From UHGV virus genome UHGV-0170778: 64,000 nucleotides of DNA. The stretch is one strand, 5' to 3'. Both the position numbers and the translations under genes were made by a program. The notes beneath the pieces are model-generated. The model ran no database searches. It was not told the origin of the DNA and worked only from the letters and a program-made list of their open reading frames with translations. This document shows positions 57,281 through 64,000 of this stretch, in pieces (the stretch's first letter is position 1; every line of letters begins with the position of its first letter). The stretch comes from a virus.

Positions 57281-57309
57281 TAGCTCGCTCATATGCGGGC
57301 TATTTTTAT
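57281..57309 (+). terminator. rho-independent terminator (cassette copy 5)
   Basis: tagctcgc-tcatat-gcgggcta (8 bp with one G.U), then tttttat. Confidence 0.5.
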
Positions 57310-57340
57310 ACTAAAAATATTAAGAAACTATTAAGAAGAC

Positions 57341-57369
57341 TTGAAATTATATCAATATTTCGTTATAAT
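57341..57369 (+). promoter_or_regulatory. sigma-A-type promoter (cassette copy 5)
   Basis: TTGAAA - 17 bp - TATAAT within ctaaaaatattaagaaactattaagaagacttgaaattatatcaatatttcgttataatatatg. Confidence 0.55.
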
Positions 57370-57395
57370 ATATGTAAATAAAGGAGGAATAATAA

Positions 57396-58310
57396 ATGAT
57401 TCTAGAAAAAGAAAAACCTGGTATGATTTATTCAGACTACAAGTACATTTTCGTTCCGTTTACATGGATAGTACGCTGTAGACATTGGGAAGTTAGAGAT
57501 TTTGAAGGATCTCTCTTAGGCGAGGTAGTAGAAGATATTCTATCAGGGCCGCCTAAGTTTAGTCCAAATTGTAGCGACGTAGAAGATGAAGATGTGTTGA
57601 ATCAGTTTGATATCTTCAAGAATAATTGCCCTGCTTATTATGTTCATCCTGTTCGAATGTTCGAAGTAATGGAAGATATGGAATATGATGACAAATACTT
57701 CACTTTATTTTTAGGATCATTAGTATACAGACAATGGTGTTCTACTGGAAAGATTGAGAGAAGCAGAGAAATGAAAATATGTGATCGCTTTTTTATGATG
57801 CGTTCATGGCTAACAACTACAGACTTCTTATATGCTCCAGCATCTAGTAGATACCACGATAGCGAGCACAGAGGCTTGTTAAAACATACAATAAAGGTAG
57901 TAGAAAAACTGAGTGAACTTTTTCAATGTTATTCATTCCAAAGATACTCTTCGTCATATTCATTTGCTTCTGCTGTACTTGTTGCATTAGTACATGATTG
58001 GTGCAAGATTAACTATTATGAAGCTTACAATAGAAATGTTAAAAATGATAAAACAGGGCAATGGGAACAAGTAGAATCTTACAAAATAAAAGATGTCATC
58101 GGTACTTGTTTAGGTCACGGAGTATCATCCATGTTCCTTGCAAACAAATTCTTTAACTTAACGAGAGCAGAAGCAGAAGCAATTAGATGGCACATGGGTG
58201 AATACAATGTAGCTCCTAACGAAATGAATGAACTACATCAAGCAAATGCTTATAATCCTTTATGTTATTTGATCCAATTTGCAGATAGACTCGCATGTAC
58301 AAAATACTAA
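57396..58310 (+). CDS. HD-domain phosphohydrolase-like protein
   Basis: RYHDSEHRGLLKH and LVHDWCK supply H..HD..H and a second HD. First gene after cassette copy 5, GGAGGAATAATAA RBS. Confidence 0.4.
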   Translation: MILEKEKPGMIYSDYKYIFVPFTWIVRCRHWEVRDFEGSLLGEVVEDILSGPPKFSPNCSDVEDEDVLNQFDIFKNNCPAYYVHPVRMFEVMEDMEYDDKYFTLFLGSLVYRQWCSTGKIERSREMKICDRFFMMRSWLTTTDFLYAPASSRYHDSEHRGLLKHTIKVVEKLSELFQCYSFQRYSSSYSFASAVLVALVHDWCKINYYEAYNRNVKNDKTGQWEQVESYKIKDVIGTCLGHGVSSMFLANKFFNLTRAEAEAIRWHMGEYNVAPNEMNELHQANAYNPLCYLIQFADRLACTKY

Positions 58311-58380
58311 ACAGCAAGGTTGTATGTTTCTTGCATACAACCTTATCTATTTTTGAATCTAATTATACAGGAGGTACAAA

Positions 58381-59070
58381 ATGTTCATAGATTTTGATGA
58401 TGATGTATATGTAAATCAGGTAACTATTCCTGAAGTTCGAAACTATATCAAATCAGATGCACAGATTGCTCAAGAAGAAGTAGAGAAGCAAGGATATAAA
58501 TGCAGTGTTTCTTATGACTACAATTCTGCTAGAAATACAGAATCAGAAGAAATAGTAACACGAGTATTATTCTCTGTTAAGATTGATGATGATAAAGTAG
58601 AAGTTCCGGCAGAGTATGTAGTATCTAAATCAGGTGAAATCTATTCTGATGTAGACGGAAATGATATAGCAGAGAATGCTATCAATCGACATCTAAACCC
58701 TGAAATTTTTGCTAGTACGAAATCTAGAAAAACTAAAATTACAGCAGCTGAGGATGGTTACGATTTTGCAGAAGATGTAGACGATTTTTCAGATACAGTA
58801 GACGATCTGTCCGATACTGTAGACGACCTAAAAGATGCAGTCGATGACGATGTTTTTGATCCAGACGAACCTAATATTGAGATGGATAATAACATTTCTG
58901 GACATTACATTGCAGAATGCGATAGATGTCATGGAATCTTCATTTCTGCTGTAATTGAATCTGATCAAGAAATTGATACCATTTCCGGTGTTTGTCCTGT
59001 ATGCAACAAAGATACAGAACAGCATCTCAAATGGGTAATCAAGGATATTGATACAAAAGAGAATAGTTAA
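58381..59070 (+). CDS. acidic protein with C-terminal zinc ribbon
   Basis: 229 aa. Approximate tandem DDxSDTVDDL repeats. CDRCHG ... CPVCNK. Confidence 0.45.
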   Translation: MFIDFDDDVYVNQVTIPEVRNYIKSDAQIAQEEVEKQGYKCSVSYDYNSARNTESEEIVTRVLFSVKIDDDKVEVPAEYVVSKSGEIYSDVDGNDIAENAINRHLNPEIFASTKSRKTKITAAEDGYDFAEDVDDFSDTVDDLSDTVDDLKDAVDDDVFDPDEPNIEMDNNISGHYIAECDRCHGIFISAVIESDQEIDTISGVCPVCNKDTEQHLKWVIKDIDTKENS

Positions 59071-59227
59071 TTATAACAAACAAAACAACACAAACATTAG
59101 TTACTTTACTTCTTCTAACTACAGTGATTATTGTAATTGTGCTACTTTACATTAAACAATAGCTTAATGCTATATTGCTAAACAGATTAAATCTGCTATT
59201 ATTTGTAATAAGGAGGAGAATTGATAT

Positions 59228-59503
59228 ATGAAACGATTAATCAAAGCAAGCACACAATTAAAAAGAATTTCATCTTACAACGAGTTCGACAATGGTCGCA
59301 TATTGCATAATTGGGTAAAAATGACTGATGAGGAAGCGGAAGAAGCTGCTAGAATAGCTTCTTTGAAAGACCCTACAAATGTATATTATGTAGCTTATGA
59401 TGATTTAATGGACAGTTCATCAAGTATATGTTGGATAAATGGTAAATCTTATAGTTCAACTGAAGGTTATAAATTTTATGTAGAAAATATTAAAAACAAA
59501 TAA
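59228..59503 (+). CDS. hypothetical small protein
   Basis: 91 aa, AGGAGGAG RBS. Confidence 0.45.
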   Translation: MKRLIKASTQLKRISSYNEFDNGRILHNWVKMTDEEAEEAARIASLKDPTNVYYVAYDDLMDSSSSICWINGKSYSSTEGYKFYVENIKNK

Positions 59504-59557
59504 AGCATCAGCTGAATGCGTATATATTAAAGATATAAATACTTCGGAGGATAACAA

Positions 59558-59947
59558 ATGAACGATACATTGAATACTATACTAACACAAGTTATTGAAA
59601 TTGTAATTGCTACTCTAACAACAGTAGTTGTTTCTGTATTGCTACCAAAACTCAGAGATTACATTACAAGTAAAATAGAAAACGAAAAATTCAAAGCAGC
59701 TATTAGTGAAATAGAGACAGTTGTAGCTACATCTGTTCAGTATGTTAATCAAACGCTAGTAGATGACTTAAAGAAAAATAACAAATGGGACGCTGCATCT
59801 CAAAAAGAAGCATTTGAATTAGCATTAAAAACAGTCATGGAGAACTTATCTACAGAAACTAAGAGTTATTTAGCTGTTAATTCAGACAATATAGTAAACA
59901 CATTGACAAAGTATATTGAAGCTGCAGTGAACAAGGAGAAAAAATGA
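59558..59947 (+). CDS. single-TM membrane protein, holin-like
   Basis: N-terminal hydrophobic helix ILTQVIEIVIATLTTVVVSVLLP, followed by a charged helical C-terminus. GGAGGAT RBS. Confidence 0.3.
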   Translation: MNDTLNTILTQVIEIVIATLTTVVVSVLLPKLRDYITSKIENEKFKAAISEIETVVATSVQYVNQTLVDDLKKNNKWDAASQKEAFELALKTVMENLSTETKSYLAVNSDNIVNTLTKYIEAAVNKEKK

Positions 59948-60993
59948 AAGAAGATTACAAAGAAATATTCAATGCAAATAGAGATTTAAGGATATTGTTG
60001 TTGCAATTGAAAGAAAAAACAACAAATTTCTTTTCTGATATAACTGAAATGGATTATTCTGATGCAGAAGATTACATTGATGTATATTATTCTGTAGTAG
60101 ATAATTATTATAAAATATATGTAGGTGCAGAACTCACGTATGAGTCATTATATGAGTTAGGGCAGAAATTAACAGATATTATAAATGATTACAACGAAGA
60201 TTCTTATTTTGAGCCTGCAGAGCCAGGAATTTTAGTTGCTGCATTACCTACAGATTCAATTACAGCTTCTACTGTAATGTCTTCAATCAAATTAGATGAT
60301 CCTGATATGTCACTGTATAAATTTGGTGAAACTGTACTTGATATAGTAACATACAAAACAGGCTTGAATCTTCGTCTAGATGATGTAACTATAGACGAAA
60401 ACGAGTACAGAACACAAGTAGAAGTGTCTTTAATAGATGTAGATACAGAAGAATTTTATTCTAGTACATTATATATTCATCCGGATGAAAATGTAGATGA
60501 AAATTATCTTATGGATGCTGCAGAAGGTTTCGCTTTGTCATTTGCAAAAGATCTAACATCTAATGATTACTCAAATCAAACAGTATTAGGATATGCAGAC
60601 GCAGACGAACCTCAGTACTTGAGTTATGATCCAGGAGAAGGAGTAGACGAAGACACAGACGAATCTGTAAAAGCATATTTTGATATTGAATTAAAATCAT
60701 CTAACGACGGAGATATAGAAGTATATGAAGATGTCTCAGATATAACACTAGAATTCAGCTATGATTCGTTGATACCTGAAAATGACAAATATTACAGTGA
60801 CATCATAAAAGAAGATGTTTTAGATTTAGTAGCTGATTATCTATACAAGAACAGAAAGTTCGGTAGACTACATGTAAGTGGAATAGCTACTATGAAATAT
60901 CATTTCTCAGATGTAGATACTGTAGACCCAGATTCTAATTTCTATCTAACACTAGAAGATAGTTATTTAGATGTTAATGTAGATAAAATATAA
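59944..60993 (+). CDS. very acidic protein
   Basis: 349 aa, D/E/Y-rich. Confidence 0.45.
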   Translation: MKEDYKEIFNANRDLRILLLQLKEKTTNFFSDITEMDYSDAEDYIDVYYSVVDNYYKIYVGAELTYESLYELGQKLTDIINDYNEDSYFEPAEPGILVAALPTDSITASTVMSSIKLDDPDMSLYKFGETVLDIVTYKTGLNLRLDDVTIDENEYRTQVEVSLIDVDTEEFYSSTLYIHPDENVDENYLMDAAEGFALSFAKDLTSNDYSNQTVLGYADADEPQYLSYDPGEGVDEDTDESVKAYFDIELKSSNDGDIEVYEDVSDITLEFSYDSLIPENDKYYSDIIKEDVLDLVADYLYKNRKFGRLHVSGIATMKYHFSDVDTVDPDSNFYLTLEDSYLDVNVDKI

Positions 60994-61021
60994 TTTCATT
61001 TGATAACTACGAGGTATTTAC

Positions 61022-63847
61022 ATGGAAAAAGTAAAATTTTGGAAAAACACATCTTCTGAGTTTGACAAGATAACATCAAAAGATGCAAACACGATATATT
61101 ACCTAACAGATACAGGTAAGATCTATTTAGGTGAAAAAATGTATGGTGGCACTGATATGCCATTCACAATAGTTAGTAAAGATGACAAAAGATTCTCTTC
61201 GTTTGATACTTTATTCCTCAAAGGAGAGAACGACGGTGAATTCAAATTAAGCGTAGATCCGGGTGTATACTGTTTAGCTGACGATATGGAATTCGCATTT
61301 AGTGCTTTTATACTCCTTGAAGATTATCTCAAGTTTATGTACCAAGGTCAGTCTGCGGATCTAGGAAACTTAGTATATAAGAGTACACAATGTACATTAC
61401 CTAAAGGTTCATTCATATATATTACAGAAAATATGCTTGAAATATATTGCACATATACTGATGTAAAAACATATGGTCCTGGTGGTGGGTCAAGTGAATC
61501 TTTCACTCATTGTGAAGTTTATATCATAGGAACATCTCCTGTTGCATTAGACGACAATGAACACGTATGTGGTTTGATTGAATTCGACAGCATAATGCGC
61601 GACATGGAAGACGGAATATTAACATATCCACTCGAATATGCAATGATGAATATAGAAGGATACAAAGAAGGAGATACATTAGTTGTAACTAATAATGATG
61701 ATGACCCTTCTTCTCCAGGATCTTGGTCAGGACCTAAATTCAAAATAGGGTCTGCAGGTGTTCAAGCAACACAGATTACTGATGTCAACTACACGAACTA
61801 TCAGACCATGGATCAGTGGTCAGCATTGAACGATGGTATGTATCTTGTAAATACAGATAAGCTTTCAATCAATGTAGTTGGTAAAAACAAAGTATATTCT
61901 GTTGGTTCTGCTGGATTTTGTGCTCTACTAGGAATAGAAGAAAATTACAACAAATCTTTATCTATCCCTAAAGGAAATTATATTTCAGTATATACTACTG
62001 AAGCTGGAAGATCATCTTATTACAAATATAAGATGATGGTTATATACCAAATTGAAGCAAATCCAGATGCTGAATCAAATAACAGACCTAGTGCTGGACA
62101 AGCTGTTGTAATTACTTTAGGTAGTACCTATATGAGTAATCCTTTTTCAAAAGATGTAAAAGTATATGATTTCAACGAATCGTTGATGCTTCAGTCAACA
62201 TTAAACAACTATATCAGTTTAATATTTACTCCGTTATCGTCTCCAGATACTGTACCAAAAGATGGACAGTTAGCACAGTGGGAAGGAGATGCTGATCACG
62301 GATTTAAGTTGAAAGGTGTCGATGCTCCTAAAGGTGTTCCTATTACAACAATCAATACCACTAACAAATCAGAATTTACTACACTTAAAGGTATATTAGA
62401 CCATCCAGACGGTATGTATCTTGTAGATGATTGTGGTGTTACTAATGGCGATGCACAACTTACTATTGCTCCTTTCAAAGGACATTGTTCAACAATATTG
62501 TTGGCTTCTAAGGCTCAATTCCAACAAGTAGTGGATTCAGGGGAGATAAAGTGCTATAAAGGTTCTGTTATCTATGTACAAACAGATGGTGACATATCCA
62601 ATGGTGCAACAAGATACGTATCTATTTGTAATGTTCCAGTGGGTGTGAGCGGAGAGCCAAGCGACCTAAATCGTGCATATCCAGATGCAGGAACATCTAT
62701 TTTTAATATAGAAATACAGCCTGCTATGGACAATATTTATGACATAGATGGCGGTACAAACACATTCTTTACACATCCAGGATATGCAAGTTTGCTCAAT
62801 TCTTATGCAAATGCTTATGTAGCAGGAGGTTTAATATCTGGAAAATCATCGTACTCTCCTGGACAGTTGATCCAAGTTGTTAATGATACAGATTCTTGGG
62901 CTGGCGAGTGTAGGTTCACAGGCGTAGATGCTTCTGAATTCAAATCACCATTTACACTAATTACTAATGAAAACGCAACAAACTATAATACACTTGATAA
63001 ACTTTGTCATTTAGAAGATGGTTTGTATCTATGTAAAGATACTTATAAAGCTAATCAAGATTATATCGTTGATATAACATTCAAAGGTATAAATCTTGCT
63101 GATGCTGCTACAGCTTCGTTTACTGGAACTCAACCTACTCCTGATACAAACGGAGATACTAAGTGTAAAAATGGAGCAATCATAAGTGTAGTAACTCAAG
63201 AAGGAAGTACTAAAAACAAAATAGTTCGTATCACACACGGACTAAGTGCAAACATAAAAACTCAAGGTAACGGATTTGACGATATATACATTGTCGCACA
63301 ACCAGATGATAGTAGTGCTTCTACTCTTGTTTATGGTGTTACTGGTACAAATGTTAAATATTATAGACCTTTTAGTGTAAATGCTATCTATGGTAGTCTG
63401 CTTCCATTTGCTGCTATGAGTAACTCATTGACGGGTGGCAGTGTTAACGGGAAGAAGATTGCTGTATGGAATAGACCAGAAGGCACAGATATGCCTACTC
63501 TTGGTTTTGCAGATATGCCTACTTCAGATAAGTTCCAAGAGAATGAAAGTACATCAGTTGTATTAAACAATCATACTGAGTATAGATGTAAAGTGATGGC
63601 TTCACTTAATCTGTCATTACCTGAAACAATACCTGACGATTATAACTCAAGGATAATATTTGAAAGTGGAGAGACTGCTACTACTCTGTCATATACTGCT
63701 GGCTCAATAAAGTTTACTGGTGATGACTGTGATAGTAGTAATGCATTTGTCCCAGCTAAGAATACTTCATATGAAGTTGATATAAAGTATTTAGGACTTG
63801 ATAGTTCAGGTAATAAAAGAATCATTGCGAGAGTTGGTGCATTTTAA
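61022..63847 (+). CDS. large hypothetical protein (possible virion or host-interaction protein)
   Basis: 941 aa, GAGGTATTTAC RBS. Gly/Thr/Ser/Asn-rich. No catalytic motifs seen. Confidence 0.45.
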   Translation: MEKVKFWKNTSSEFDKITSKDANTIYYLTDTGKIYLGEKMYGGTDMPFTIVSKDDKRFSSFDTLFLKGENDGEFKLSVDPGVYCLADDMEFAFSAFILLEDYLKFMYQGQSADLGNLVYKSTQCTLPKGSFIYITENMLEIYCTYTDVKTYGPGGGSSESFTHCEVYIIGTSPVALDDNEHVCGLIEFDSIMRDMEDGILTYPLEYAMMNIEGYKEGDTLVVTNNDDDPSSPGSWSGPKFKIGSAGVQATQITDVNYTNYQTMDQWSALNDGMYLVNTDKLSINVVGKNKVYSVGSAGFCALLGIEENYNKSLSIPKGNYISVYTTEAGRSSYYKYKMMVIYQIEANPDAESNNRPSAGQAVVITLGSTYMSNPFSKDVKVYDFNESLMLQSTLNNYISLIFTPLSSPDTVPKDGQLAQWEGDADHGFKLKGVDAPKGVPITTINTTNKSEFTTLKGILDHPDGMYLVDDCGVTNGDAQLTIAPFKGHCSTILLASKAQFQQVVDSGEIKCYKGSVIYVQTDGDISNGATRYVSICNVPVGVSGEPSDLNRAYPDAGTSIFNIEIQPAMDNIYDIDGGTNTFFTHPGYASLLNSYANAYVAGGLISGKSSYSPGQLIQVVNDTDSWAGECRFTGVDASEFKSPFTLITNENATNYNTLDKLCHLEDGLYLCKDTYKANQDYIVDITFKGINLADAATASFTGTQPTPDTNGDTKCKNGAIISVVTQEGSTKNKIVRITHGLSANIKTQGNGFDDIYIVAQPDDSSASTLVYGVTGTNVKYYRPFSVNAIYGSLLPFAAMSNSLTGGSVNGKKIAVWNRPEGTDMPTLGFADMPTSDKFQENESTSVVLNNHTEYRCKVMASLNLSLPETIPDDYNSRIIFESGETATTLSYTAGSIKFTGDDCDSSNAFVPAKNTSYEVDIKYLGLDSSGNKRIIARVGAF

Positions 63848-64000
63848 TGAATCGAAGAAGGTCTTTAATACTTTTTAATAATTCAGAAGTACCTAAGGAA
63901 TTTACAAGAGTATCCTATATTCAAAAGAATGGTCATACTCAGTACATTGACACAGGAGTTGTTGCTATACCTGAGTGGACTTACGGATTTGATTTTGAAA
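63847..64000 (+). CDS. hypothetical protein, 3'-partial
   Basis: TAATG stop/start overlap. The ORF runs to the window end. Confidence 0.3.
   Translation, partial: MNRRRSLILFNNSEVPKEFTRVSYIQKNGHTQYIDTGVVAIPEWTYGFDFE

Overview
This 64-kb window reads as a near-continuous stretch of a large, AT-rich (about one-third GC) tailed bacteriophage. Nearly all genes are on the + strand with strong AGGAGG-type ribosome-binding sites, and there are no rRNA, tRNA or CRISPR features. The host is probably a low-GC Firmicute, likely a clostridial one. Evidence for that is the sigma-A-type TTGAAA/TATAAT promoters, a dockerin module in a tail protein, LysM and SH3b wall-binding modules, and the lysin domains.

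Recognisable modules, in order:
- A contractile-tail sheath-like gene at 2-4 kb.
- A roughly 13-kb block of small early-type genes (4-17 kb), punctuated by a repeated terminator+promoter cassette.
- Tail tube candidate, frameshifted chaperone, tape measure protein, baseplate proteins (LysM, gp25-like, J-like) and tail-associated lysins (DPBB/3D domain; M23+CHAP+tail-lysozyme) at 17.5-37.7 kb, including a dockerin-bearing tail protein.
- Prohead protease/scaffold fusion and a codon-optimised major capsid candidate at 38.7-41.5 kb.
- A DNA-binding / NrdR-like / Dps-like / lysis block at 43-52 kb.
- A replication-recombination block at 52-58 kb (SNF2 helicase, Hjc-like resolvase, HD hydrolase).
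- A large unknown protein at the 3' end.

The most unusual content is as follows:
1. Three divergent paralogues of a homing-endonuclease-like gene with an architecture I do not recognise as a described family: duplicated Cys4 zinc ribbons, tandem approximately 33-aa KYGV repeats, a Vsr/DUF559-like PD-(D/E)xK core, and a conserved unknown C-terminal domain. One copy sits on the minus strand.
2. A roughly 90-bp terminator-promoter cassette repeated five times, plus a diverged minus-strand copy. It drives early genes that encode beta-solenoid-like proteins: two pentapeptide-repeat proteins and a protein made of 28 tandem octapeptides. These are candidate DNA-mimic / anti-defence factors.
3. A Cys4 zinc ribbon split across two ORFs by a U7 slippery run, which is either a programmed -1 frameshift or a homopolymer error.
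4. An NrdR-like zinc ribbon without its ATP cone.
5. A Dps/ferritin-like domain protein.

Coordinates of regulatory sites are hand-counted from the sequence and may be off by 1-2 nt.
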